In this document: positions 1 to 10,072 of the stretch, piece after piece | Layout of the letters: the number at the start of each line of letters is the position of its first letter | Numbering within the stretch: position 1 is the stretch's first letter | Notes under the pieces: model-generated | Databases searched by the model: none | Told to the model about the DNA's origin: nothing | Seen by the model: only the letters and a program-made list of their open reading frames with translations | Made by a program: the position numbers and the translations under genes | Virus record (IMG/VR): IMGVR_UViG_2529292922_000010 | Direction: 5' to 3' (one strand) | Source of the DNA: a virus | Taxonomy: Duplodnaviria; Heunggongvirae; Uroviricota; Caudoviricetes | DNA: 64,000 nucleotides

Positions 1-108
1 ACGTGCGGTGTTTGGGTTGAGATTAAACTCGGCGGCATATTGTGCGATGGTGTAACCACCATCTCGCGCCAGGCGAGCAAAATTCTTCTTGTGATCGTCC
101 CAGGTCAC
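1..108 (-). CDS. pacA: Packaging (pacase/terminase small subunit-like) gene, 5' end only; runs off window start
   Basis: GTG at 108 with AAGGAAG RBS 5 nt upstream and in-frame TAA just before; frame open to position 1 ([36 protein letters not shown]). Lies directly downstream of the lpa-like gene as in P1. Identity by position only. Confidence 0.35.
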   Translation of the reverse strand, partial: MTWDDHKKNFARLARDGGYTIAQYAAEFNLNPNTAR

Positions 109-194
109 TTATGCTTCCTTTCGTATAAAACTCTTTTTGACGCGAGGGTAACGAAAGTCACATGTCAAAAGGCCCGGAACGGGCAAGCAATCAA

Positions 195-647
195 TCAGAT
201 ACGTGCGGATGTGGCATTACCGTAATGACGGTGCTGACGGACCACCTTATTGAAAAGTTGACGCGCCATCACCCAAGGCTGGTGCTCCCGGCGTTCCTTT
301 TCGTCCTGCGTCATATAGAGTTCGTTCTGGAGTTTTTCATCAAACCGGCGCGGAGCGCGGCTGCGGCGAAAGAATTCAGGATTCAGAGAGTGGATCTGAA
401 ATCTACGTGGGCGTGTACTGTCATCAATCAAAACAGACGAATACTTAGACACAGCGATAGCCTTTAAGCGCAGATAAACATCGCGCTTATCGACATCCAG
501 ATGCGGGTATTCCTTTTCAAGAATTGCTGCGAGTTCTTTCGCTGATAGAAGAGATTTAGTGCGGATCATGTAATCCGCAATCTCGTACGATGTTATTCGT
601 GAGTGATTTATTTCCATGAAGTGGCGTCCCTGCCAGTTAAGTAACAT
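195..647 (-). CDS. lpa: Late-promoter activator (Lpa)-like protein, 150 aa
   Basis: 150-aa ORF; C1-operator-like 17-mer 71 bp upstream overlapping a TTGCTA-16bp-TATTAT promoter; order DUF968 gene / lpa / pacA matches P1. Assigned by context, not by alignment. Confidence 0.45.
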   Translation of the reverse strand: MLLNWQGRHFMEINHSRITSYEIADYMIRTKSLLSAKELAAILEKEYPHLDVDKRDVYLRLKAIAVSKYSSVLIDDSTRPRRFQIHSLNPEFFRRSRAPRRFDEKLQNELYMTQDEKERREHQPWVMARQLFNKVVRQHRHYGNATSARI

Positions 648-717
648 CCTGTCACCTACTGATTAGCCCATGTCAACTAATCAACGTCGAATATAATACC
701 CTCGATTAAAGAAATAG

Positions 718-734
718 CAATACATTAGAGCAAT
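718..734 (-). promoter_or_regulatory. C1-repressor operator-like site
   Basis: Minus strand reads ATTGCTCTAATGTATTG, 14/17 to recalled P1 C1 operator consensus ATTGCTCTAATAAATTT; upstream of lpa-like gene. Confidence 0.5.
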
Positions 735-735
735 T

Positions 736-1779
736 TTATCTAACACTCGACGAATGACTTGTGATAGCGCCGACTCCAAGCGCGTAATCAAAGAACAATC
801 GTTGATGCATCGCCAGCCTACCGTGCGTCTTCTCCCAATTATCGCGGTCACGCTCAATATCACGCTGGCATGACTGGCACAGAGGAATAGCATAAATGTC
901 ATGCGCGCATAATCGACTATGACGAACGATATAAGGCGTAATGTGAGCGCCAGCTCCCGCAGCTCCACAGCCACAGCATGGACGGGAAGCCACAAAGTCC
1001 ATGTACTCGGGCAATTTTAGCGATTGAAGTTTTGGTATCTTGAAATGCGCCATACCTGGGTCGGAGTCAACATCCACAGGGCATACTTTTGCACGCATCG
1101 GCGCGGCGCGTTCTTCCATCATCTGAACATATGCTGTAGCGCGATCGTCATACGGGCGAATATCCGCCTCTTTCAGAGGTCCGCTATCCTGCGTTGCGGC
1201 TTTCATCTTATTTATTGATATACGGCAAACTTCTTCCGGCATCAGGTGCATCATGTTGCGCATGAAAGCCCACCAGCACAGTTCCTGAATACTTAAATCA
1301 TGGCCATCTGAAAGCCCCATTTCCTGACGGGCGACATCCAGTATCCAGTTAACGCGATTATTATGCAGCGTTTCTTTCAGCTCATTAAAACCACGCATCC
1401 GGTAATGGTTATCGTGATGCCAGCACAACAACACCGCGCTATTGTCTCGTTCTGCGTGGACAATATGGTTGTCACACCAGCTACGATCTGCGGCCTGGCA
1501 TTGCCCCTCTTTCCTGCGCAACCACGCCACCAGCGCGTCAATTCCACCAATACGGCGAAACAGTTCATCGCTGTTAAAAAACGGCTGCAACGCCTCATTT
1601 GTTGCCATAGTTTGCTCGGAAACAACGAGGCCGTCGTCCATGTGCTCGATTAACTCACGCGGCACCGGCTCCATAATAAATTTACGGCCAGCCTCCACCA
1701 GCTTTCTGACTTCCTGATCCACTTTGAATGTGGCGACGCCAAGCTCTTTTTGTACAAAGGGAGTAATTACGGCTTTCAC
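736..1779 (-). CDS. DUF968-like prophage protein, 347 aa
   Basis: Long ORF in same operon as doc; C-terminal Cys/His cluster (CCGCG...H...C..C..C) of the DUF968 pattern. Confidence 0.5.
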   Translation of the reverse strand: MKAVITPFVQKELGVATFKVDQEVRKLVEAGRKFIMEPVPRELIEHMDDGLVVSEQTMATNEALQPFFNSDELFRRIGGIDALVAWLRRKEGQCQAADRSWCDNHIVHAERDNSAVLLCWHHDNHYRMRGFNELKETLHNNRVNWILDVARQEMGLSDGHDLSIQELCWWAFMRNMMHLMPEEVCRISINKMKAATQDSGPLKEADIRPYDDRATAYVQMMEERAAPMRAKVCPVDVDSDPGMAHFKIPKLQSLKLPEYMDFVASRPCCGCGAAGAGAHITPYIVRHSRLCAHDIYAIPLCQSCQRDIERDRDNWEKTHGRLAMHQRLFFDYALGVGAITSHSSSVR

Positions 1780-1806
1780 ATCACACCTTTCATCACTGAT
1801 TGGGCT

Positions 1807-1986
1807 TTATCTGCTGCCCGGCATTCTCTGTTTAAGCACAACCATTTCCTGACGGCATAACACAGCAATAGCAGTCCTGGCTCCAATTTGCTTACCAACC
1901 AGGTATTGCTTTACCTCGCGGCGACTCACGCCATCAAGAAGCATCTTTAACGCTTCACGGGACAATTTGTTGTATTTGCGTGCCAT
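1807..1986 (-). CDS. Small basic protein, 59 aa
   Basis: ATG at 1986 (MARKYNKLSREALKML...); sits between doc and the DUF968 gene; short, weak support. Confidence 0.35.
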   Translation of the reverse strand: MARKYNKLSREALKMLLDGVSRREVKQYLVGKQIGARTAIAVLCRQEMVVLKQRMPGSR

Positions 1987-1990
1987 TAAT

Positions 1991-2371
1991 CTACTCCGCA
2001 GAACCATACAATCTACGTAACGTGTCGGCGACAGAAGATACAGATATCTCGCCAGTCGCAGCGCCTACAGTAAGGTCTGCCAGTTCAGGTGAATCAAATA
2101 CCTGCACCCCGTTACGGCGTAGAAATAACAGCGCACTGTTTAGCGCGGTACGCTTATTGGCATCATTGAATATATGCCCTCTCGCTGTAGCCACCAGGTA
2201 GGTGGCGGAGACTTCGAAAAGGTCGGTGATCTCTTCGTAGGCAACTCTGGCCTGAACTCTCCCGATAATGGCCTCTGCCCTACCCGGATCTGACATTCCC
2301 GGCAGGCCGCCGTAGCGGTTTATATTCGCATCATGAAGCGCAATAAGTTCTTCCGGTGATATATGCCTCAT
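1991..2371 (-). CDS. doc: Doc toxin (Fic/Doc family) of a phd-doc addiction module
   Basis: 126 aa, [16 protein letters not shown]...; start overlaps phd stop by 1 nt (translational coupling). Confidence 0.9.
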   Translation of the reverse strand: MRHISPEELIALHDANINRYGGLPGMSDPGRAEAIIGRVQARVAYEEITDLFEVSATYLVATARGHIFNDANKRTALNSALLFLRRNGVQVFDSPELADLTVGAATGEISVSSVADTLRRLYGSAE

Positions 2372-2592
2372 TATCGGTTAACCAGTTCCTTATTGGTGGA
2401 TTCCAGGGTGTCAAACAGGGATGCAAATTCAGCATCCAGCGCCGCTTTTTTGTAGGCTTCGAAAGTAGCCTTGCTGACAATTACTGCTGGCTCACGGCCT
2501 CTGCGGGTGATTTCAACCTCTTCCCCGGCTTCAACATTGTTGAGCACTTCAGAAAGGTTGCCACGCGCGGTTCGGAAGTTAATGGATTGCAT
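2371..2592 (-). CDS. phd: Phd antitoxin (Phd/YefM family)
   Basis: 73 aa from ATG 2592 ([16 protein letters not shown]...); directly upstream of doc. Track ORF starts two codons earlier. Confidence 0.88.
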   Translation of the reverse strand: MQSINFRTARGNLSEVLNNVEAGEEVEITRRGREPAVIVSKATFEAYKKAALDAEFASLFDTLESTNKELVNR

Positions 2593-2664
2593 AAACACCT
2601 CGTGTACTCGTTATGTGTACACAATTATAAACTTCACAGGCATAAAGCACCAGCACTTTGCAGC

Positions 2665-3054
2665 TTAAATGACCGGACAATCATCAAATTCCCCACTTCG
2701 GGCATCATTGATGACATGAGTGATCACACCAAAAACAGCATTACTACCCGTGTAACCATCGTCATCTACTGGTAACGCCTCTTTCTTCCCGGTGCTTAAA
2801 TCCTCCAGGTGCTGGCGCGGATACTTCCTGTATCTCTTTATGCGATATTCACCCTCCATAGCGCACACAAGCAGCGAACCATCAACTGGAGTAAGCGAAG
2901 AATCAACCACCAGCAAAGCACCCTGCAATATTCCCTCACGGTGATGGCTATCAGCTGCCCGCATGAAGTAGGTTGCTGATGGATGTCTAATTATCTGCTG
3001 ATCAAGAGAAATTCGGCTTTCAACATAATCCGCCGCAGGAGAAGGGAAGCCCAT
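2665..3054 (-). CDS. humD: UmuD'-like S24 peptidase (HumD-type translesion polymerase accessory subunit)
   Basis: 129 aa beginning MGFPSPAADYVE, UmuD-type core; length corresponds to the pre-cleaved UmuD' form; SOS box 19 bp upstream. Confidence 0.85.
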   Translation of the reverse strand: MGFPSPAADYVESRISLDQQIIRHPSATYFMRAADSHHREGILQGALLVVDSSLTPVDGSLLVCAMEGEYRIKRYRKYPRQHLEDLSTGKKEALPVDDDGYTGSNAVFGVITHVINDARSGEFDDCPVI

Positions 3055-3072
3055 AGCGTTTTACCTCAAAAA

Positions 3073-3092
3073 TACTGTTTATCCGTACAGTA
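3073..3092. promoter_or_regulatory. LexA (SOS) box
   Basis: TACTGTTTATCCGTACAGTA = CTGT-N8-ACAG; in divergent promoter region between humD and the 3228 gene. Confidence 0.7.
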
Positions 3093-3227
3093 TACATTAA
3101 AGAAGCACCTTTGGTGCAAACGCGTTATGTACATCAACCACCGCAGATGATTTTGTGCGCTTTGCTACTATTCATCACCAACGGATCAGCGTAACCTCAT
3201 TGCCAATCAGTTAATAAGGAATTAGCT

Positions 3228-3800
3228 ATGCCTAATCGCATTCCTCTCGATCCTGTATTGCCCAAAAATTTTGACTGCACTCCTAACGAGAAACGCTCTA
3301 AAGCTCAGCTGGACGCCTGGTGGGACCATCCCTATGGGGTTACAGAACATGACGGGAAAATTGTTGTTTATTGTCTGAATGGTGGCGCGTGGGACCGTCC
3401 ATCCGTGCTGGGTTTGGCAAATAACTATGATGAAGCCTGTGAACTTGCCGAAAGACAGCAGGCTAGATGGGTAAAAACGCGGTCACAGCCGATATTTATG
3501 TACTCACAGGAACCTCCATTTGTGCTGGCGAGAATGCCGCAGCGACCGGATCATCAACAAGAAATTGTTGCTGAATTTTCCTCAATGGATGAGATGAATC
3601 TCTTCTCATTAAAGCAGGAAGAAAGGGATCGCGTCGAAGTGTCTCCAACTCTCGACCACAACCGGATGAACCTGGCCCAACTCGCCTGGTACAGCAAAGA
3701 ATTGGAGATGTCTATTGCCCGGCTTGAAAACGAAAAAGCCGCTATCCAAGCCCAGCATGAAGCTGTCATTGCCAGGATACGAGAAGTTCAAAACGGTTAA
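3228..3800 (+). CDS. Hypothetical protein, 190 aa, divergent from humD
   Basis: AAGGAA RBS; C-terminal coiled-coil-like segment; function unknown. Confidence 0.5.
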   Translation: MPNRIPLDPVLPKNFDCTPNEKRSKAQLDAWWDHPYGVTEHDGKIVVYCLNGGAWDRPSVLGLANNYDEACELAERQQARWVKTRSQPIFMYSQEPPFVLARMPQRPDHQQEIVAEFSSMDEMNLFSLKQEERDRVEVSPTLDHNRMNLAQLAWYSKELEMSIARLENEKAAIQAQHEAVIARIREVQNG

Positions 3801-3806
3801 CTACCG

Positions 3807-4058
3807 CTATTTCTTTACGGCATCATCTTTCTGATATGCCGGATCGCTCCCTTTTGGCAACTGGAGGCTTAACTGCCGGTAGTGTCGTAGCCGTTCCATG
3901 AAATAGGTGCGCAGATTCTCTGGTTGCTCGCGGGCTACCTGTTCAGCTATGACAGGTATGTTCAATCGCTCTTTGTACGCCACACCGCTGGCAGCCAGAT
4001 CAACGTTAACCTTATCCCGTTCTTCCTGACTTTTAGCTGCAATATTCCAGTCGCTCAT
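3807..4058 (-). CDS. hot: Homologue of DNA polymerase III theta subunit (HolE-like)
   Basis: 83 aa; [33 protein letters not shown] closely matches recalled E. coli HolE pattern. Confidence 0.8.
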   Translation of the reverse strand: MSDWNIAAKSQEERDKVNVDLAASGVAYKERLNIPVIAEQVAREQPENLRTYFMERLRHYRQLSLQLPKGSDPAYQKDDAVKK

Positions 4059-4060
4059 AT

Positions 4061-4333
4061 TTAAGGCTCACATTTCCAGATGGTATTCTGAACACCCGAA
4101 CCGGGCGCTAGATGAGGGTTAGCGTTCGCGCTATGCTGATATACTGCTTTAGACTTCCCATATTGCTGACAGGCTTTATCTGCGGTTTTTTGCAGGCTAT
4201 CCAGGCCATACCAACCATCTGACTGTATGCTTACCTTTTCACCGTCGTTGTATTGCACCATTGCACACCCAGATATAGCCAGTATCGCGCCGACAATAAC
4301 GCTTTTCCATAAAACTCTATGCAACATAGACAA
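4061..4333 (-). CDS. Small lipoprotein, 90 aa
   Basis: Signal peptide with lipobox LAISGC. Confidence 0.5.
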   Translation of the reverse strand: MSMLHRVLWKSVIVGAILAISGCAMVQYNDGEKVSIQSDGWYGLDSLQKTADKACQQYGKSKAVYQHSANANPHLAPGSGVQNTIWKCEP

Positions 4334-4372
4334 AAATCCCCTCTGTGAATTGAGGGGATTTTAGCATGGTGA

Positions 4373-4633
4373 TCAGAGATCAGCTTTATGCAGAATTTTA
4401 TCCACCAGCGATGTGATTTTTTCTGCCAGGTCATCATTACTTACCCAATCCTGGCGGGCAGCCAGAACGGGCGACAAGGCTAATATTAACTCTCGTCGTA
4501 ATGATACGTTCCTTGCTACAGGCGGAATACGTGGTGCTGGTGGTGGTTTAAGCCCCTCGCTCCCTTGTATTTCTGGAGTATTCGGCTGATAGCCATTAGT
4601 TATTTTCGGCGGTATTGGACGAGGACGAAACAT
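4373..4633 (-). CDS. Pro-rich small protein, 86 aa
   Basis: ATG at 4633 with AGGAGG RBS 7 nt upstream; the longer track ORF (to 4753) lacks an RBS. Confidence 0.45.
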   Translation of the reverse strand: MFRPRPIPPKITNGYQPNTPEIQGSEGLKPPPAPRIPPVARNVSLRRELILALSPVLAARQDWVSNDDLAEKITSLVDKILHKADL

Positions 4634-4637
4634 CGCG

Positions 4638-4934
4638 CTACCTCCTACACTCAGGGCAGGTGTTCCCTTCCGCAAAGTAGGGGAAACTGCTATCAAGTTC
4701 ATCACACCATCTGCGATGCTCGTAGCACCAAAAAGCCTCCCACGGTAAACCAAAAGACTTCATCCACCGGGACACTCGATCTGGTATATCTGCTGGTGGC
4801 AGTTCTTCTGGCAATAATTTGCCTGATAATTCCCTTTCCGCCCGCGCCAGCATTCCTTTTAGACTCGCATTCTCTTTTTCAAGAATCTCTATGCGCGCCT
4901 GTAACTCAGCTTTCGTTGGCATGGCCCGCCTCAT
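4638..4934 (-). CDS. Hypothetical coiled-coil protein with C-terminal Cys cluster
   Basis: ELQARIEILEKENASLKGMLARAERE segment plus C...C...CPEC; start ambiguous (4922, 4934 or 5003). Confidence 0.4.
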   Translation of the reverse strand: MRRAMPTKAELQARIEILEKENASLKGMLARAERELSGKLLPEELPPADIPDRVSRWMKSFGLPWEAFWCYEHRRWCDELDSSFPYFAEGNTCPECRR

Positions 4935-5556
4935 GCTTATCAGCCACCAGCGGCAATAAAGCCCTGGCCATCTTATGAACCAATAGTGCATCAATAATGC
5001 CAAGCGTATGCCCCGGCTTAATGTTTAATGCCGCCTCAAGGTGACACCTTTCCAGGCCACTTTTCTCGGCTTGTTTATGATGATCTGGCGTAATAACGTC
5101 GCCCAAAACACGGCTAATTTTTTCTCGTAATTGCTGGGTGCCAGCACACTTGATCGCTGTATCGTGGATGCGGTTAACCAGTTCGCGATAAACATGCGGC
5201 TTAATTCGGATACGTTCACCGGTGACGCCCTTTCCTGGCGCTGGCACCGAACTATCCGGAATATCCGGATAGTTGCCAGCCTCGTAAGCTACCCGCAGCC
5301 AGTGCATGAATGTTTCAGTGGACACACAACCGCAGTCCACATCGATTTTCGCGCGTTGCTGTTCCAGCCACTGCTCAAAATTCAATCTACACGTATTACT
5401 TTCATGTTGCTCTTTTTGTCTCAAGGCCAGCATCTGCTGGGCTATTTCCAATACTTCATCTGCCGTATATCCAGCACCGTGACCATACATTTCGATACGG
5501 GAAATAATCTCTGATATACGCTCTTCAGTGATTCTGGTCATTTCTTTTTGCGCCAT
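4906..5556 (-). CDS. Hypothetical protein, 216 aa
   Basis: Long ORF; short overlaps with both neighbours indicate operon; no recognisable motif. Confidence 0.5.
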   Translation of the reverse strand: MAQKEMTRITEERISEIISRIEMYGHGAGYTADEVLEIAQQMLALRQKEQHESNTCRLNFEQWLEQQRAKIDVDCGCVSTETFMHWLRVAYEAGNYPDIPDSSVPAPGKGVTGERIRIKPHVYRELVNRIHDTAIKCAGTQQLREKISRVLGDVITPDHHKQAEKSGLERCHLEAALNIKPGHTLGIIDALLVHKMARALLPLVADKHEAGHANES

Positions 5557-5912
5557 TTCTTTTCACATTCCTTAGTCCATTTTTCAATGTTCATTTTGGC
5601 AATATCAGTCATTCCATCACCTAAGAAATACTTTTTCCGGTATGTCTTGCACTTAAACCACACTACAACAGCCACCAGCCAGAAAATAAAAGGCCATACA
5701 GCAATACCAACGACAGCCGCGATAAAGCCCAATAGCCATAAATGAAGCTCTCCAACTTCTGTTTCCGGCAATATTCTTAAAGAATTAAACAGCAGGCTGA
5801 ACGAATGGTCGTATGCATTGGCAGTATAAGACATGCAATCCATATAATTAAAGTCATAGCCTGCGGCTGCCGCCCATAATGGGCGGTCAAGAAAATGTTT
5901 TAGTGTCATCAT
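5538..5912 (-). CDS. Membrane protein, 124 aa
   Basis: Hydrophobic span LWLLGFIAAVVGIAVWPFIFWLVAVVVWF followed by Lys-rich tail. Confidence 0.5.
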   Translation of the reverse strand: MMTLKHFLDRPLWAAAAGYDFNYMDCMSYTANAYDHSFSLLFNSLRILPETEVGELHLWLLGFIAAVVGIAVWPFIFWLVAVVVWFKCKTYRKKYFLGDGMTDIAKMNIEKWTKECEKKWRKKK

Positions 5913-5918
5913 ATAAAT

Positions 5919-6212
5919 TTAAGGTTCAGACCAGTTATCTTCAATAGCAATGCTTAATCTTTGTAGCCATTCTGCTAATTTCAGCATTGCTTCTCTTTCG
6001 CTTAAACCACGAGGAAAATCATCAAGTGAAATTGTTGGCTTGAATCCCCCGTAATTATCCATTTCAACTGTCAGATTTTGTTCCAGCACGGTATTTCTTA
6101 CGCGGCTATTGTGCCGGAGCAAATATACTGAACGTGATTTATTGGTTTTGTGGTCTAGCTTATATTCGGTAAGTATCATCTGGCTTTTGCCATGACTATT
6201 ACCTCTCCACAT
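5919..6212 (-). CDS. Hypothetical protein, 97 aa
   Basis: ATG at 6212 has a GAGG RBS; the track ORF start at 6308 has none. Confidence 0.45.
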   Translation of the reverse strand: MWRGNSHGKSQMILTEYKLDHKTNKSRSVYLLRHNSRVRNTVLEQNLTVEMDNYGGFKPTISLDDFPRGLSEREAMLKLAEWLQRLSIAIEDNWSEP

Positions 6213-6219
6213 ACTTACC

Positions 6220-6342
6220 TCACTTAATAAAACAACTCCATGCGTAGTTGATGATTTTTTCCCACGTAATATAAATCTGCACTCCGGCAGTAAAACCAAA
6301 GCCAACAATTGCTGAAAAAATCAAAACATTTACTTTTGACAT
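6220..6342 (-). CDS. Small single-pass membrane peptide, 40 aa
   Basis: MSKVNVLIFSAIVGFGFTAGVQIYITWEKIINYAWSCFIK; absent from ORF track because under 60 aa. Confidence 0.35.
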   Translation of the reverse strand: MSKVNVLIFSAIVGFGFTAGVQIYITWEKIINYAWSCFIK

Positions 6343-6390
6343 TATAAATTTTCTCTCGGTGTCGTAGGTGATAGCACCATAATTGATAAT

Positions 6391-6642
6391 TTAGTGAGTT
6401 AGCAGTTCCATTTTTTGGATGATTTCCGCATGAGCATCATCGTTATCAACACTTAACTCGTTTAATGCCTCTCGCACTACATCAACTTCTTCTGGTTGGA
6501 AGAAGTCATCTCGGTAGTCACCAAATAGAACCGAAACAAGCCTGCCACCAGCAACATCAAGATTGGCGCTAACAGGTGGCTCTTTACCATCCTCAAATTC
6601 GACTACAAAAGTTATTTTTCCCATCGTTACCACCAGCGACAA
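6391..6642 (-). CDS. Acidic hypothetical protein, 83 aa
   Basis: ORF with coding-like composition; no motif. Confidence 0.45.
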   Translation of the reverse strand: MSLVVTMGKITFVVEFEDGKEPPVSANLDVAGGRLVSVLFGDYRDDFFQPEEVDVVREALNELSVDNDDAHAEIIQKMELLTH

Positions 6643-6706
6643 ATTGAATACAAACCCAGTGCTGCCGCCATCACAATTCCTACCGTGGTGAATGCTTCAG
6701 GCCAGC

Positions 6707-7915
6707 TCATTGATTCACCTCCTGCGGCGGTTCTGGTAGCGGCATCCAGTGTGACGGTTTCCACGACGCACCAGGAATTATCCACCCATCATTAGCGTCA
6801 GGATGCCCCGGGATGTAAGTAGCCCATTTCATTCGCCAGTCACCTTTCCTGTCAAACTCCACGGCAACAAGAACGGCTGTTTTGGTATTCGGCATTCGCT
6901 CACTACAGCTTATCCAACCATCCGGAGTTACCGGAGAATTGCCATTTACCAAGTCAGCTCGAACATATAGCGTGTCATCATGGTGCTGATTGTGGCTGCA
7001 CCACGTTAATTCGCTTAACTCGCCATCTTCTGGCCATACTCCAGCTGTTTGCAGCCAGATATGGGCTGGCGCATCCTGGCAAGGTGTATTAACTGGAAAC
7101 TTGTAAGTTTGGCTTACAGGTTGGCTACCCTGAAGCATGGCAGCGTGGCAGGCATACTCAACGCCCTTAACTGCATCTGCGCAGTAGTTATAGCGATTGC
7201 ATTCCACTAATTTCCGTTTGAGTTTTTCAATTGCCTGCGCGACATCAGCCTGTATTACAGGAACTGGCGGAACGGCTGTTTGCTCTCGAACGTCATTAGT
7301 CGCTATCGGTTCTGCTGCCAACTGACTGGCATATTTGTTAATGGTAACGATAAGCTCTTGCTCAGCCTCATCCAGACAATCACCGATACCTCGCCTGTCA
7401 CCGTCAAAATCATCGAAATCAGCACGAATCTTGGCAACCTTCTGGATTGCGGACAACACCTCACTAGGAATTACCGGATAGTTGGTTGACGTTTCCGCGA
7501 TTTCCCGAAAATTATTGGTTGACGAATTCTTGTTTTCCCGAAAGTTTCCGGACTGAAGCATGGCGGCGCGGCAGGCGTTCCAGCCATCAACATAATCAAA
7601 CGTATTGCTATCGTCTGGCTCGATTTCATCCGGCACTACCGGCTCTGGTTGGATAGTGACGTTGGCAAAGGCAGCACGCAAACCGGCCTTAATTTCCTCT
7701 ACTTCATCAGCGCCTAGCGATGAATCTGACAATGCGTGATGGAATGCGTAAGCCATGTCGTCGTTTACTGCAACCGGTTCTGCTTCCAGCGATGCCAGAG
7801 CAATTCGTGCCAGTTCTTCCGCTTCTTCTGCTGGCAGTACAACGTTGCTACCAGGTCCGTATGTTTCGCGCCACTGCTTGATTGTCAGCAGTCGCTCTTT
7901 GGTAATAGTGGTCAT
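6707..7915 (-). CDS. Prophage protein with C-terminal DUF551-like domain, 402 aa
   Basis: C-terminal ~70 aa (DGWISCSERMPNTKTAVLV...HWMPLPEPP) fits the DUF551 pattern. Confidence 0.55.
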   Translation of the reverse strand: MTTITKERLLTIKQWRETYGPGSNVVLPAEEAEELARIALASLEAEPVAVNDDMAYAFHHALSDSSLGADEVEEIKAGLRAAFANVTIQPEPVVPDEIEPDDSNTFDYVDGWNACRAAMLQSGNFRENKNSSTNNFREIAETSTNYPVIPSEVLSAIQKVAKIRADFDDFDGDRRGIGDCLDEAEQELIVTINKYASQLAAEPIATNDVREQTAVPPVPVIQADVAQAIEKLKRKLVECNRYNYCADAVKGVEYACHAAMLQGSQPVSQTYKFPVNTPCQDAPAHIWLQTAGVWPEDGELSELTWCSHNQHHDDTLYVRADLVNGNSPVTPDGWISCSERMPNTKTAVLVAVEFDRKGDWRMKWATYIPGHPDANDGWIIPGASWKPSHWMPLPEPPQEVNQ

Positions 7916-8427
7916 GCCGCGTTTCCTTCTTTCTTATTAACAATTACACCGTCATATATTTCATTAAGGTGCCCTCTCAACTCCATGCGCCTTAATGCAG
8001 ATAACATGTAATCGCATTCAACCTGCTTATTTCCAGTAAATGGCTTATCGTCAGGATTACCCCAACAGCAATTACCCTTGGGCCACCCATGTACTTTCCG
8101 TACTCTTCCGTTAACAACGTGAAGTAATCCCCAGCCAGGTGGTAAATCCTCAATTGAAATAATTCCAGGCTCACTAATAAAGAATCGCCAGTCGCCCATG
8201 CCAAGTGAGGGATTTTTACGGAAACGCTTTTTTCTATCTGCCAACAAGTCAGCACGAGAACACTTCGCCTCTATCAGGCATGATGCTGAATTTCTGAATC
8301 CCATAGCATCTGGCTGTTCTCCGGTACTGGTTACAGCTATAAAGCGGTCATGAAAACAAACCTTGAACCCGTTGCGCTTAAGGAACTTGTACGCAATTTG
8401 ACAGAGTTCGCGGTGTGTTAACGCCAT
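7912..8427 (-). CDS. Putative PD-(D/E)xK-fold nuclease-like protein, 171 aa
   Basis: ATG 8427 with AAAGGAG RBS; D(PDAMG)...IEAK motif. Confidence 0.45.
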   Translation of the reverse strand: MALTHRELCQIAYKFLKRNGFKVCFHDRFIAVTSTGEQPDAMGFRNSASCLIEAKCSRADLLADRKKRFRKNPSLGMGDWRFFISEPGIISIEDLPPGWGLLHVVNGRVRKVHGWPKGNCCWGNPDDKPFTGNKQVECDYMLSALRRMELRGHLNEIYDGVIVNKKEGNAA

Positions 8428-8428
8428 A

Positions 8429-8617
8429 TCACTCTCCTTTAGTGCGCAAATGGTTTTTCCAGCGGTTTTGCGCCGCGCTGGGCTTTTTGCAAAAACCACA
8501 ATCCATCATCCCGTAATATTTCATCAACCCCATCCGTCGGTTGCTGAGTCTCACCCACTGCCAGACGCCAGGAGCGTTTCTACGAACTAACAGAATCTTT
8601 GCTTTACGGTTTTTCAT
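8429..8617 (-). CDS. Small basic protein, 62 aa
   Basis: AGGAG RBS; stop abuts the next start; weak. Confidence 0.3.
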   Translation of the reverse strand: MKNRKAKILLVRRNAPGVWQWVRLSNRRMGLMKYYGMMDCGFCKKPSAAQNRWKNHLRTKGE

Positions 8618-8768
8618 CGCTTTGCTCTCCTGCGTCTCTTTGCTGCTCGTCGTGCCGCTGCAATACCGGTATGGCGGCGCTTTGGTGCCGGGATGATGTT
8701 CTTTGCAATTAGCGCAGAAGCCCAAAAACGAGTCGGATACGGTAACAAGCCGATACATGCCACACGCA

Positions 8769-9416
8769 TTACTTACCTCCTTTGATGCGAATGCCAGCGG
8801 CGCGCTCGGCTTCACTTTGTTCCCAAAACCACTTGTGAAGCGCCATAAGCTTTTCGTCAATCGGTGCATATTTGCGATTAAAGTAGGCCTGAGCATCTTT
8901 CTCAGATTCGTCCGGTAATTCGCCAGGGCCAAACAGTGTGTTATAAATCCATGCTAGTCCGCTCTTAGCGTCGCCAGTTGCCTGCCATTCGATAATGGCA
9001 GCCTGCATGACCAGAATGTTTTTCCCGATTAATAGGTCCAGTTCTTTGTACCGGTTGCGGATGTATGCATTCTCGCTTTGTAATTTTGCGTTGCGCTTTT
9101 CTGAGGCTTCAAGTAACGCCTGCTTATCGCGTAGAGCTTCTTCCAGTTCAGCAACATGGCATTCACTATCAATAAGGTTGTTCTCTGCTGCTTCAAGCTC
9201 AACACGCAGCTTCCCAACCGTAAGCGCAATCTCCTCGTTCTCCTGGTCGCGGCGTTTGATGTATTGCTGGTTTCTTTCCTGTTCATCCAGCAGTTCCAGC
9301 ACAATCGATGGTGTTACCAGCTCATGGAAAAGGTCCGCGTCAAATCCCCAGTCGTCATGCATTGCCTGCTCTGCCGCCTCACGCAGTGCCTGATAGTCAA
9401 TTGTCATTCTCGCCAT
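8769..9416 (-). CDS. Ead/Ea22-like coiled-coil protein, 215 aa
   Basis: Coiled-coil-rich ORF with the pattern of lambdoid Ea22-like proteins. Confidence 0.5.
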   Translation of the reverse strand: MARMTIDYQALREAAEQAMHDDWGFDADLFHELVTPSIVLELLDEQERNQQYIKRRDQENEEIALTVGKLRVELEAAENNLIDSECHVAELEEALRDKQALLEASEKRNAKLQSENAYIRNRYKELDLLIGKNILVMQAAIIEWQATGDAKSGLAWIYNTLFGPGELPDESEKDAQAYFNRKYAPIDEKLMALHKWFWEQSEAERAAGIRIKGGK

Positions 9417-10072
9417 CCTTCACAGTTGTAATCACTACAGCCTTCAAAATCATATGGGCTGTACTGCCAGGTTATTTTTCCGCAATGCGGACAATTCCAA
9501 CGCACCTTCCCGCTTCGCGACTTCTTTCTTCTGTTCTGCTCTTTCAACCAGTCAGGCATGACCAAACCTGCGCCCTGAACCATTGTTCTGCGGTTAAAGT
9601 TATTGATATTGAACGTCCGGCGCTTTGCTGCATCAGCAATGGAAAATGGCAACCAAACTATTCCTGGTTCGTTTTTGTTGACGACGCTAAAGATGGTCGC
9701 TTTACTGAAGTCATCTGTTGGCAATCCACCGTGTTGAAGCCAGTAAACATCGTTGCCGTTCCAGCTACCTTTTTTGTAGGCCACATACTCAGTGCAATCT
9801 GACTCAATCAGGCTTTCTGTAGGGATGTACTGGCAATCAACGTGCCACACAGCCATTGCATCCACACTATCGGCACAAACAGGCTGATCGATATCTCGCC
9901 CACAATTCCAGGCTTTTTGGGCTTCTTCCAGCGTGTAAATATGAGCGCGATCGATATCAGAACTGTAACCATTGCCGTTATGGCAATGGAATGAGGCGTT
10001 ATTACCCACAGTTTCACGCAAGCACATCATGTAAAAACGGTTACTCACTGGTTGCCCCCTGAATACGCTCAA
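9404..10072 (-). CDS. Hypothetical protein with Cys-rich C-terminus, 222 aa
   Basis: CPHCGK...CSDYNC at C-terminus. Confidence 0.5.
   Translation of the reverse strand: MSVFRGQPVSNRFYMMCLRETVGNNASFHCHNGNGYSSDIDRAHIYTLEEAQKAWNCGRDIDQPVCADSVDAMAVWHVDCQYIPTESLIESDCTEYVAYKKGSWNGNDVYWLQHGGLPTDDFSKATIFSVVNKNEPGIVWLPFSIADAAKRRTFNINNFNRRTMVQGAGLVMPDWLKEQNRRKKSRSGKVRWNCPHCGKITWQYSPYDFEGCSDYNCEGWRE

Noticed and set aside
4061-5912. Possible lysis cassette (membrane protein 5538-5912 as holin, 216-aa protein as endolysin, coiled-coil plus Pro-rich ORFs as Rz/Rz1)
   Set aside because: The 216-aa protein shows no lysozyme, amidase or transglycosylase motif, the Pro-rich ORF has no lipobox, and the coiled-coil protein lacks an N-terminal TM helix. 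Left as hypothetical proteins.
8429-8932. 167-aa track ORF as a single gene
   Set aside because: Its 5' two-thirds overlap the Ea22-like gene out of frame and are Arg/Lys-biased with no RBS; only the 3' 62 codons (8429-8617), which have an AGGAG RBS, were kept as a weak candidate.
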